A stretch of 64,000 nt of DNA from a virus, in IMG/VR virus record IMGVR_UViG_3300037961_005428, positions 32,500-96,499 of that record; one strand, 5' to 3'. A program made the position numbers and the translations under genes. Positions 7,798 through 16,166 of the stretch are shown here, one piece after another. Under the pieces are notes generated by a model that saw nothing but the letters and a program-made list of their open reading frames with translations, ran no database searches and was not told where the DNA came from. Positions within the stretch are counted from its first letter, which is position 1; each line of letters begins with the position of its first letter.

Positions 7798-9000
7798 ATG
7801 GTCGCAGCCTTGGACGCCGCTTGGTCGCTCCTCAAGGCTTTGGATGAGCAGCAGTTGTACACACAAGCCAATCCCGGCCCTGCGGCACCAATGGGCTTCG
7901 GCGATGTCCCATATCCGCAATATGAGCAAATGCGACTCGGCACTGCCCATCCGGCGATATCGGGTTTACTTGAGCGTGTAGAGCACATGAGGGCCAACCC
8001 CTACTCCGGAACTCAAAAAGACCATCCCCAAGATGTTTACGACCCCGAAAAGCGGTTTGAAAGGTTTGGTAGACTTGGTGGAGGTTATGGGAGCCTCATT
8101 CATAGTTTTGGCAACCAGCCTTCTCTCCGTGTAGACTCGGGGCAACTGGCTAATATGATACAGGACAGTGGTATGCGCCATCACTTCGCTACTCAAACAG
8201 ACGAGGAAGCACTTAGGGAAATGCAAGACAACCGGCCAAGGCATGATTACACCCCTCTTCCGTATATACCACGAATGACGGGTAGGGCTGACCCCACAAC
8301 GGTAGAGGGTGTACCCGGTGTCAAATTCGGCCCTCCACCTATCGTTTATGACAACTTCCAAACACGGGATAGCGAGGGAAACTTGGTAACGAGATTTGGT
8401 AGCCAGCAAAAACACCCAAGGTATGATGCCCATTATGATGAGCGACAAAACCCATTAACGGGCGTCATAGATGATTTTGAATTTGGGCCAATTCAATTTC
8501 CTCAAGCGCCAATTCCGGGCGTACCGGGCGGCGCTCACCATCCCAGTCTTGACACACCTCCCGAGGTCGGTATGGTTGGACAAATAAGACCACAACACCC
8601 TTCCGCGAAAGCCTTTGGCGCACCAATCAATATCCTAAGTACATCTCGTGGTAGAAGTGGTGTTGCACAAAGTGGATTTTATCCCCCCTATAGCCAACAC
8701 CTTAGAGACATGCGAGGCCGTGGTGAAGACGATGACATCACTTCGTGGCACCTTTCCCGACAACCTTCTACGGATATTTACCAAGGACATGGTGGTGACA
8801 AAGTTGCCAACTTGCGGGGAGGTGCTGACCCCTTCCCGATGAAACAGTTGGGCCAAGAACTGGCTCAAGGCGCTCGTTCTCCCAATCGCCTAAGTAGGGC
8901 TCTAAGTAGCATTTTTAATCGCTTCCGCCGCCCTCAAGTTAATGAGCCTCAGTTTGATTTCGCCTTTGACGAACCACAGTATGATTTGAGGGGGCTGTGA
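7798..9000 (+). CDS. Leader-motif protein 4 (ALDAAWSLLKA), Pro/Gly-rich
   Basis: Start moved to 7798 on the basis of the motif and promoter; HPAI motif. Confidence 0.8.
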   Translation: MVAALDAAWSLLKALDEQQLYTQANPGPAAPMGFGDVPYPQYEQMRLGTAHPAISGLLERVEHMRANPYSGTQKDHPQDVYDPEKRFERFGRLGGGYGSLIHSFGNQPSLRVDSGQLANMIQDSGMRHHFATQTDEEALREMQDNRPRHDYTPLPYIPRMTGRADPTTVEGVPGVKFGPPPIVYDNFQTRDSEGNLVTRFGSQQKHPRYDAHYDERQNPLTGVIDDFEFGPIQFPQAPIPGVPGGAHHPSLDTPPEVGMVGQIRPQHPSAKAFGAPINILSTSRGRSGVAQSGFYPPYSQHLRDMRGRGEDDDITSWHLSRQPSTDIYQGHGGDKVANLRGGADPFPMKQLGQELAQGARSPNRLSRALSSIFNRFRRPQVNEPQFDFAFDEPQYDLRGL

Positions 9001-9004
9001 TAAC

Positions 9005-9634
9005 ATGAACCCAATAGACGCAGCATGGTCAATCCTCAAGGCTGACCCCAATCTCCGTATGGTGCACGGCGGCGTCTACCCCAACGCCCGTTTCGGTGGA
9101 CGGAGTCAAACCATGCACCCTGCTATCGCTGGGATGATGCAAGGTATCGGTGAGGGAAGAAGTCCCATACCGATGGAAGACATTGAGGGCGTTGATACTG
9201 GTTTTTTTGACACACACACTCCCGCTCGCTACCGAACTTGGCCCCAACCGTATAGTGAAGCACACGGCAATTTAGACAGTGGAGACCATCTGTACTCTAT
9301 GGGAAGCCTCCGGTCCATGGTCCCGGTTAGATACCAAGGCGCTCCCAAAACTCCCGACCGACTTCTTTACGAGATGTCAAAGGTTTCTCCTTACAGAATG
9401 TACGATACTGCAAACCTGCAACAAATTGATGACCCTTCTCAAAATGAAGAGTTTATGCAGGCTTTCAATGCCTATCCCGAGAAGTTGCGTCAATTCTATG
9501 AGCAACAAGGAGACATGGATGTGCACCCGCACACTGTTGCCCGAATAGCCGGTCGCCAAGATTACGGTCGTATAGGTCGCACGGGCAACCCCGACAACAT
9601 TCAAATGATACCCGACATGATGGGAGCGATGTGA
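9005..9634 (+). CDS. Leader-motif protein 5 (PIDAAWSILKA)
   Basis: Shared motif; HPAI motif. Confidence 0.8.
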   Translation: MNPIDAAWSILKADPNLRMVHGGVYPNARFGGRSQTMHPAIAGMMQGIGEGRSPIPMEDIEGVDTGFFDTHTPARYRTWPQPYSEAHGNLDSGDHLYSMGSLRSMVPVRYQGAPKTPDRLLYEMSKVSPYRMYDTANLQQIDDPSQNEEFMQAFNAYPEKLRQFYEQQGDMDVHPHTVARIAGRQDYGRIGRTGNPDNIQMIPDMMGAM

Positions 9635-9638
9635 TAAC

Positions 9639-10007
9639 ATGAGCCCAATGGATGCCGCTTGGGCGATACTCAAGGCTGACTTTTATAGCGATAAGCAACG
9701 AGCCCTTGAACAAGCCCTTGGTCCTGTGTACGGTCATGTAAGAATGGCTCGGGGCAAAGCACAAGAAGAAGCCGAGAGGATGCCGTACTCAACAGACCCC
9801 AAGGTTAGGGCAACACAAGGTCCGCTTGACTATCTGTTTGCGGGAATGGACATTGAGCCGGAGTTGATGAGGCCACCATCACCTTGGCCTAACCCTCCTA
9901 CTTACGCCGCTCCTCCGCCGGCTGACCCCGAGTTCATGGCTCGCATCAAGGCTGACGAAGAAGAGTCGCAACAGCGCAAAACCGAGCGTGAAGAACGGAA
10001 GCGTTAA
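9639..10007 (+). CDS. Leader-motif protein 6 (PMDAAWAILKA)
   Basis: Shared motif. Confidence 0.8.
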   Translation: MSPMDAAWAILKADFYSDKQRALEQALGPVYGHVRMARGKAQEEAERMPYSTDPKVRATQGPLDYLFAGMDIEPELMRPPSPWPNPPTYAAPPPADPEFMARIKADEEESQQRKTEREERKR

Positions 10008-10035
10008 GTAGGGGATGCCCAACATAGGGCACTAA

Positions 10036-10116
10036 GGGAGAGGCGGTACCCTCCAGTCGTGTGTTCTTTTGGGCTCTGAATCACTTCTCGCATTTCTTCA
10101 TTCCGCCGCCTCTCCC
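10036..10116 (+). ncRNA. Candidate small RNA closed by a perfect 11-bp stem
   Basis: gggagaggcgg 10036-10046 pairs with ccgcctctccc 10106-10116; TTAAGTA about 26-32 bp upstream. Confidence 0.35.
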
Positions 10117-10133
10117 CCCTTTCGGTGAAAAGT

Positions 10134-10268
10134 ATGCCACGGCGCAAAAGTCCTGCTTGCCCTTATTGTCAGCAACAACCTACTCAGCGACTGTACTCCA
10201 AAGCCGGCGGTACTTTGCACGGCGTGGCTTGGCACTGCCCCGTGTGCGAGTGCATGTGGAAACTTTGA
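10134..10268 (+). CDS. 44-aa zinc-ribbon protein (CPYC...CPVC)
   Basis: Hand translation MPRRKSPACPYCQQ...; GGTGA SD. Confidence 0.7.
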   Translation: MPRRKSPACPYCQQQPTQRLYSKAGGTLHGVAWHCPVCECMWKL

Positions 10269-10294
10269 TGTAGCCACCCATGCTGTCACGCCAC

Positions 10295-10687
10295 ATGGCG
10301 GATGCTATAGAGTGGTTGACCGACGAGGAAATCATCGGAAAGACCGACTGGTCCGATGTGGCGTTTTGCGATTGTTGCTCGCCACTTGAGATTTCTATGG
10401 CCGTTGTCAAGGCGAAGCGAAAGTCCAAGCCTTTTCACGGCTACAATCCAAACAAGCACGCCAAGACCGGTGGGCTGAACGCCAAGGGTCGGGCGGCTGC
10501 GAAGCGCAAGACTGGGGCCAATCTCAAGCGCCCCGTCACCAAGAAGCCCAGCAAACTCAAGCGAGGTAGCAAAGCCTCCAAGCGACGCAAGTCATTTTGT
10601 GCCCGCATGTCGGGTGTCAAAGGTCCGACCAGCAAGAAAGGTAAACTCACTCCCAAGGGAGCCGCTTTGAAGAGGTGGAACTGTTGA
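10295..10687 (+). CDS. Lys/Arg-rich protein (resembles DUF6321-type phage domain, from memory)
   Basis: GGLNAKGRAAA...RRKSFCARMSG; acidic leader ending CDCC...VVK|A. Confidence 0.75.
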   Translation: MADAIEWLTDEEIIGKTDWSDVAFCDCCSPLEISMAVVKAKRKSKPFHGYNPNKHAKTGGLNAKGRAAAKRKTGANLKRPVTKKPSKLKRGSKASKRRKSFCARMSGVKGPTSKKGKLTPKGAALKRWNC

Positions 10688-10878
10688 ACTGTGACTGTGA
10701 GCATTGCTTTGGTATGCAGACGGCTTGGGACCTTCTTGAGAAGAAATTGTGCCCGGCTGGTAAAGCGGCGGCGAAGCGGAAGTTCAAGGTGTACCCATCG
10801 GCTTACGCTAACGGATGGGCCGTACAATACTGCAAGGGCAAGTTCCGTGGCAAAAAGAAAGGGGGCAAAAAGAAATGA
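10675..10878 (+). CDS. Small basic protein with leader motif (MQTAWDLLEKK)
   Basis: KFKVYPSAYANGW motif common in marine phage basic proteins. Confidence 0.7.
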   Translation: MELLNCDCEHCFGMQTAWDLLEKKLCPAGKAAAKRKFKVYPSAYANGWAVQYCKGKFRGKKKGGKKK

Positions 10879-11423
10879 ATCCAATGGACGCAGCGTGGAA
10901 TGTGCTAAAGGCACTACCAAGTCGTGAAGTGGTGCAGAACAGATACCGTTTTACTGGACAAGGGCACCCATTTTTGGATGAAAAAGGTAATCCCACCCCC
11001 GAAACCAAAAGAGATTTGGTTGAGCAAATGGGGATTGGAACAAGGCACCCTGCTTTGAATCCAGCGCATGTCATTGAAAGCGTGAGTGGCAGACCCACCA
11101 ATATCACAGAAGGTTCACACCTTAGCCCAATAGAGCCCACTGACATTTTGCGCTATCCTACGGGCGACAGCATAACCGGTGCTGAAACTGGCAGAGCGGA
11201 GTTGGAAAACACGCGTCAACGACGAATTAACGAAAGAAGTCAACGCCGTTTGACGGGAAATACATCCCCTCCAAGGCTCATTGACCATCATCGTTACACA
11301 CATTTGCCCCCCGGCAACTACTATGGTGGCAACCTTCCAAAAAATAGCGCACTCAGCGACGAAGAAATGGAAAACTTGCGTCAACAAGCGCAACAGATGC
11401 CCTTTTCGTATGAAGGTCAATGA
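10875..11423 (+). CDS. Leader-motif protein (PMDAAWNVLKA)
   Basis: Start moved to 10875 (ATGA overlap); HPAL motif. Confidence 0.8.
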   Translation: MNPMDAAWNVLKALPSREVVQNRYRFTGQGHPFLDEKGNPTPETKRDLVEQMGIGTRHPALNPAHVIESVSGRPTNITEGSHLSPIEPTDILRYPTGDSITGAETGRAELENTRQRRINERSQRRLTGNTSPPRLIDHHRYTHLPPGNYYGGNLPKNSALSDEEMENLRQQAQQMPFSYEGQ

Positions 11424-11432
11424 GGGATAAAA

Positions 11433-11639
11433 ATGCACGCTCTTGAACATGCTTGGCGCATCATCAAGGGCAAAGAGGATGCTCCAAATTATCGCAAAGC
11501 CACGGGGCCAAAGAAGTGCGGCAACTGCAAGGCTTGGGATTCTTCAAAAACTGACGACCCTATGACGGGGTATTGTGAGTGGTACGATTTTACTTGTCGT
11601 GCCGACCATGTGTGTGATGCTTGGGCGGGGAAGAAATGA
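11433..11639 (+). CDS. Leader-motif protein with HiPIP-like four-Cys domain
   Basis: ALEHAWRIIKG; CGNC...GYC...CDAW. Confidence 0.7.
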   Translation: MHALEHAWRIIKGKEDAPNYRKATGPKKCGNCKAWDSSKTDDPMTGYCEWYDFTCRADHVCDAWAGKK

Positions 11640-12220
11640 GTGAACAGTGCCCTTGTTGCAGCGTGATGGTTGTCAAAGACCTTAACCGCTGGTTCAAGGA
11701 GAAGTGGGTGGATGTGTCTCGCAAAGACAAGGACGGCAAGCACCCACCTTGCGGGCGCAAGAAGGCCAAGAAGGGGAGCAAAGGTTACCCTAAGTGCCGG
11801 CCGTCAGTCAAGGTGTCAAGCAAGACGCCGAAGACCTCCGGTTCTATGACTGAGGGGCAGAAGCGTGCGGCGACCAAGCGTAAGCGGTCCAAGAAGCAAG
11901 GAGTTGGCGGAAAACCGACGATTGTCAAATCACTGGTGCTCAAGCGACCTGTCAGTCCCGAGGCCAAGCGTCACAAGTTGGAATACGACACCAAGTACGA
12001 GTCTACGCCCGAGCGTGTCAAGTATCGGGAAGAACTTAAGCGTGAACGCCGACATAGAGGTATTGACGGTAAAGGGGGTCCGGACATGAGTCACACGAAA
12101 GACCACACCCTTGTCGCCGAAGACCCTCACACCAACAGAGCCCGCCACTTCAAAGAGCGAGGCACACTCAAGGGCGACCCTATGGACATCGCTTGGCTCC
12201 TTGTCAAAGGTGAGTGGTGA
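11636..12220 (+). CDS. Basic two-domain protein with the leader motif at its C-terminus
   Basis: LNRWFKEKWVD...PCGR...YPKCRP; DMSH...NRAR (degenerate HNH-like); ends DPMDIAWLLVKGEW. Confidence 0.75.
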   Translation: MSEQCPCCSVMVVKDLNRWFKEKWVDVSRKDKDGKHPPCGRKKAKKGSKGYPKCRPSVKVSSKTPKTSGSMTEGQKRAATKRKRSKKQGVGGKPTIVKSLVLKRPVSPEAKRHKLEYDTKYESTPERVKYREELKRERRHRGIDGKGGPDMSHTKDHTLVAEDPHTNRARHFKERGTLKGDPMDIAWLLVKGEW

Positions 12221-12465
12221 TGACCGAATACCCCTTTGACAGTTGGGGCTTTCAGTTCGTGCTCACGCTGGACGACCACCTGCAAATCATGCAGGACTTA
12301 CTTGACCACTACGCTGACATCATTGACATGCTGGAGGACGCCTGCGACAACAACGATGCGTTGCTCGCCGACCTCGTGGACGCTCAAGAGCAATACATGA
12401 TTTTGCGACAGGCTTATGAAAAAATGAAACATGGGGGTAATTGGTTGCATGCTGAGTCCAACTGA
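12220..12465 (+). CDS. Acidic helical hypothetical protein
   Basis: ORF coupled to neighbours. Confidence 0.6.
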   Translation: MTEYPFDSWGFQFVLTLDDHLQIMQDLLDHYADIIDMLEDACDNNDALLADLVDAQEQYMILRQAYEKMKHGGNWLHAESN

Positions 12466-13573
12466 CGCCGCTTGGTCTGTCCTTGAAGAAGGGCACCGTG
12501 TGGACAAGGCCCTTCCGTTCCTCATTCCGGCGGCGATGTTAGCCTATGGCGGCTATCAAGGTGCGAAAAATGTCAAGGAAAATCGTATCACTGACCCCTT
12601 TTTAGGGGTGGTCGGTACCGAAGGCAATGATTCACTCGGTAGTAACCTTGCCGAGTTTGGGACAGGTTTTGCACAGGGCGTTGTCCCCGTCAAGGGTGGA
12701 GGCTTTTTGGCCCGGAAGTTTGGTGGCCGCCGTGCAGCAAAGCGTGCAGCAGCACGAGAAGCCGCAGAAAAGGAGGCGGCTGAGGCTGCGGCCCGCCATC
12801 AAGCGTTGTCTGCTCAACAGCGAAGGGGTGTGCTACAGCGGGAGAATCCCGAAGTTGGCTATGTGTTTGGTGAAGTAGCCCCTTATGTTTCTCCTTCCCA
12901 ACTTGGTGCTGTTCGCCAAACGATGAACGCTGCCCAAGCACGGGCTGCCCGGCTGGCTCCGAGAGCACAAGCACCAGTCGCTCCGTTGACACTGGGTCAG
13001 CGTGCAAAGTTGGTTGCAGCCACAGGCGCTGGTGCAGCCACTGCTTATGCTCCCGAAATTATGATGGCACTTGGGCTCGCTGGGAGTCCGCCCACCAGTA
13101 CAGAATTTGGAGGATTTGGTGCAACAGGCACAGGCGGTTTCGGCGCAGGGCAGGGTGGTCAACAGGGCTTCCAACTCGCAGGTCAACAGTCCGGCGGCGT
13201 TGGTGGTGTGCAAAATGTCGGTGTGAGCGGTATGGCTGACCACGACATTTTCCAAGGCAAGCAATTCCAGTCGGCTCCGACATCATCAAATATGCAAGCC
13301 CCTTCCATCAAACAGAAGGGGACCCCTATGTCGCTCGGAAACAATCTCATCAACTCCACCTTGAGTGTAATGGAACGCAACATTATGAAAGCCAGTGTGT
13401 GTGAACGCTGTGGCAAGAAAGGCTGCGTCAACAAAATGCACTGCATGGCGAAAGCCGATGATGGCAAAAAGAAAAAGCCAGCCCACGGCATGGTCATTGT
13501 CATTGGCTCCAAAGCCGGCCCGGGCCCGTCAACGAACGGCAAGCGGGACGACAAAAAGGACGACAAAGAGTGA
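12449..13573 (+). CDS. Leader-motif, Gly/Ala-rich putative internal or ejection protein
   Basis: MLSPTDAAWSVLEE...VDK|A; hydrophobic Gly/Ala segments. Confidence 0.7.
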   Translation: MLSPTDAAWSVLEEGHRVDKALPFLIPAAMLAYGGYQGAKNVKENRITDPFLGVVGTEGNDSLGSNLAEFGTGFAQGVVPVKGGGFLARKFGGRRAAKRAAAREAAEKEAAEAAARHQALSAQQRRGVLQRENPEVGYVFGEVAPYVSPSQLGAVRQTMNAAQARAARLAPRAQAPVAPLTLGQRAKLVAATGAGAATAYAPEIMMALGLAGSPPTSTEFGGFGATGTGGFGAGQGGQQGFQLAGQQSGGVGGVQNVGVSGMADHDIFQGKQFQSAPTSSNMQAPSIKQKGTPMSLGNNLINSTLSVMERNIMKASVCERCGKKGCVNKMHCMAKADDGKKKKPAHGMVIVIGSKAGPGPSTNGKRDDKKDDKE

Positions 13574-13665
13574 TACTCAAGGGCTGTTTCGCTCCCTCTC
13601 AGCGTCCAGCCCACCTTAGAAGGTTTTATTTGGTCGTGTATTTTGGGGTTATATGAGAGGATTGT

Positions 13666-14202
13666 ATGTCAAGCGGTAGCCAAAGCGTTGACCAAAGTGA
13701 AATTCGGCTCATGGGGCTTATCCTCATGCAGTCGCTAAATGTAGGACTTGCCATCGGTGTATTCAACGCCGGCATTTGGATTGATTTAGAGAGCACGATG
13801 CTGAATGCATTTACTTATGCGATGGGTGCGTTTTTCGTCCAAGGCATAGCGTATTACTTCTTCAAAATGTTCTTCCAACAGGGCATGGACGACAAGGCTC
13901 GCCAGTCCGAGATGGAGCGAGAGCGGCGCAACCGCTACCGGGCTATGGAGATGACTTTTGAGCGCCGCCGTCAAGACATGGAACTTCGCATGCAAGAGGC
14001 ACAACTTGAACAAGAGTTGCGCTGGATGGAAAACAACCCCGGAAAAATGCCACCGATGAGCCTTTCTGACCCTATTTCGCTTGACACTGGCAACTTTAAT
14101 CCCGAAAAGGGCGATAAGACCCTTTCATTGGGTGTCTCCTTTGACGAGGAGAAGCCACTCACCAATCGTGGGGCTGATGGCAAGTTCAAGAAGAAGGAGT
14201 GA
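13666..14202 (+). CDS. Two-TM membrane protein with coiled-coil tail
   Basis: Two hydrophobic segments followed by an E/R/Q-rich helix; TTTTATT box upstream. Confidence 0.8.
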   Translation: MSSGSQSVDQSEIRLMGLILMQSLNVGLAIGVFNAGIWIDLESTMLNAFTYAMGAFFVQGIAYYFFKMFFQQGMDDKARQSEMERERRNRYRAMEMTFERRRQDMELRMQEAQLEQELRWMENNPGKMPPMSLSDPISLDTGNFNPEKGDKTLSLGVSFDEEKPLTNRGADGKFKKKE

Positions 14203-14444
14203 GGCCTGTGGGCTGGCTGTTCAAAACGCCAAGTGATGATGCAACGGAGTCAACGCTTCGTGCTATTCACATGGCGAACACTTTGGACACCGCTTATGAG
14301 CGCACATGGGGCTGGGTTAAAACGGTCATTTTCTCGTTTATCAGCGCCCTGTCTATCAGTGCCTTTGAGTATCACAACGATTGGAGTTTTTGGGAGCATA
14401 CTGTTAACTGGCTTGCCAACGAGGTTATGGGTTGGTTTGAATGA
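14199..14444 (+). CDS. Small single-TM protein (start may be GTG 14208)
   Basis: WVKTVIFSFISALSISAF hydrophobic stretch. Confidence 0.7.
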   Translation: MRPVGWLFKTPSDDATESTLRAIHMANTLDTAYERTWGWVKTVIFSFISALSISAFEYHNDWSFWEHTVNWLANEVMGWFE

Positions 14445-15157
14445 GTGCAGCAGCGGGCTCTGCCATGGTGGGTGGCGTTATTTTTGCCAAGGAACTTTAC
14501 CATTATTGGGTTCCCCGCAGGGTCGGTGTGTATGGTCCACCGCTGGCTGGAAAGACAACGCTGGACAAATACTTGACCACGCCCGGTGAAATGGAAGACA
14601 TTCCTCTTGACAAGCGCACAACTCACACAAAGGTGCTTGGAAAATTCCTTCTTCCCCGTGCCAGTCGTAAGCGTGTGAAGTACAAGGGTGAAACTCGTGT
14701 GATTCATTCCGCAGATATGGGCGGCGAACAGCGGTTTTGGAACCTGTGGGTGGACGATATGGTCAATCGGGGCGTAGAAGCAGTGGTGTTCATGTTTGAT
14801 GACCGTGCAAATGCAGGTGGAGATACCACCGTTGACGCTGTTGGCGGCTTCAAATTCTTGGTGGACGCTCTCATTTACCGTCAATATCGCTATAGAAACC
14901 TACGAAGTTGGTTGAAAGGCAAGAAGTACACGCCCAAAGTCATTCTTTTGGTTGCTAACAAAGCCGATAAGTGGTGGGATGAGCAGGCAAATACGCTGTG
15001 GCAGCAGCAGCGTCTTGGAGAACATCGCATTTTTGACCCGTTTCGGGAAGACCTTATTCGTCTACAAAAGGCCGGTATACCTACACGAAGGGGTATGATG
15101 GCCACCCGAATTGGCTGGAATGTGGAAAATACGATGGTGGATTTGCTGTCAACATGA
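14441..15157 (+). CDS. Small Ras-superfamily (Arf/Rab-like) GTPase
   Basis: G1 GPPLAGKTT, G3 DMGGEQRFWNLW, AVVFMFD strand, G4 LLVANKAD, G5-like MATRIGWNV. Confidence 0.9.
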   Translation: MSAAAGSAMVGGVIFAKELYHYWVPRRVGVYGPPLAGKTTLDKYLTTPGEMEDIPLDKRTTHTKVLGKFLLPRASRKRVKYKGETRVIHSADMGGEQRFWNLWVDDMVNRGVEAVVFMFDDRANAGGDTTVDAVGGFKFLVDALIYRQYRYRNLRSWLKGKKYTPKVILLVANKADKWWDEQANTLWQQQRLGEHRIFDPFREDLIRLQKAGIPTRRGMMATRIGWNVENTMVDLLST

Positions 15158-15168
15158 GGTGAACGAAC

Positions 15169-16152
15169 ATGAATGGATTACGACGCTACGGGCAGGTCCC
15201 GCAACAGGGAAATGGCAACTTATACGCTCTTGACGCTAATCAAATGGCGGCTTTGTCGCAACAAGGGAGCCTTTCGCACGAACAATTGATTGAAATGCAA
15301 GGTGCGCAGCAAGGAATGCGAGAAGCGGCTGCAAAAAGCAACATTGAGGTGCCAAAAGTCAATTTTTACCCCAGTCGGCACCCCGATTCACGAAAAGCAC
15401 GCAAAAAAGACATCAAACAGGCCCGAAAACTGCTCAAACCGAGCAAAAGAAGCATTTTCAACCCCTTACGGTGGGTTGGAATGAAGTATCGGTACAACAA
15501 ATTGCATGAAAGGTGCGTTGTGGACGGCTGTGACTGCGTTGAACTCATCAAATACGACAATTTGTATGCTAAAATCTGTGATGAGGACACTGGAGAGAGC
15601 CTTTGGGACCTTTATTGGACAAATCCGGTCACAGGAGAGGTTCAAGCCTTCGTAGCGGCTGAAAATGTCACTGATGGGCGCAAAATGAGGGGTACATACT
15701 GCCCCGAACACCTTCATTTGTACCATTTATTGTGTAAATGGGAGGATGAGAACGACAAAGTGCGCCTTAACAGCAAATCCGGTATGCGAGAAATGGTCAA
15801 AAAGGGCGTTTCTACGGTCGCTGTACCCATTTCAATGGTCAAAAAGAAGGACAATACACCCCAATTTTTGGCCAAATATGAGCCTTTTTTCAAGCAATTA
15901 GAGCAGGATTCACGCCAAACAAGCGGTATTTCCATCCTTCATTACCAAAATCCGGTATCAAAAATGAATGATGTGACCATGATTGTGTTTGATTTGCGCA
16001 TTTTTCAGCAGGAATTAGGTCAAATTGACCAACAAAACCCGCCCAGCATCCTTGATGCAGTGGGTAAAATGGGTATTACCCTCCCCGATTCCCCACCTCT
16101 CCAACAGGTTGAAGAAGAGAATGGCCCTCAGTTTGGCCAAGGGCAGGCTTGA
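15169..16152 (+). CDS. Hypothetical protein with Cys/His cluster
   Basis: CVVDGCDC...CPEH; GAGGTGA SD. Confidence 0.75.
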   Translation: MNGLRRYGQVPQQGNGNLYALDANQMAALSQQGSLSHEQLIEMQGAQQGMREAAAKSNIEVPKVNFYPSRHPDSRKARKKDIKQARKLLKPSKRSIFNPLRWVGMKYRYNKLHERCVVDGCDCVELIKYDNLYAKICDEDTGESLWDLYWTNPVTGEVQAFVAAENVTDGRKMRGTYCPEHLHLYHLLCKWEDENDKVRLNSKSGMREMVKKGVSTVAVPISMVKKKDNTPQFLAKYEPFFKQLEQDSRQTSGISILHYQNPVSKMNDVTMIVFDLRIFQQELGQIDQQNPPSILDAVGKMGITLPDSPPLQQVEEENGPQFGQGQA

Positions 16153-16166
16153 AAGCAGGTGAAAAC

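Noticed and set aside
3286-10100. 16-nt match ttctcgcatttcttca (3286-3301 and 10085-10100) as an sRNA target
   Set aside because: One 16-mer match within 64 kb is plausible by chance; not used as evidence
6061-13573. Leader motif as a Sec/Tat or prepilin signal peptide
   Set aside because: No long hydrophobic h-region or RR motif, and it also occurs internally and at a C-terminus
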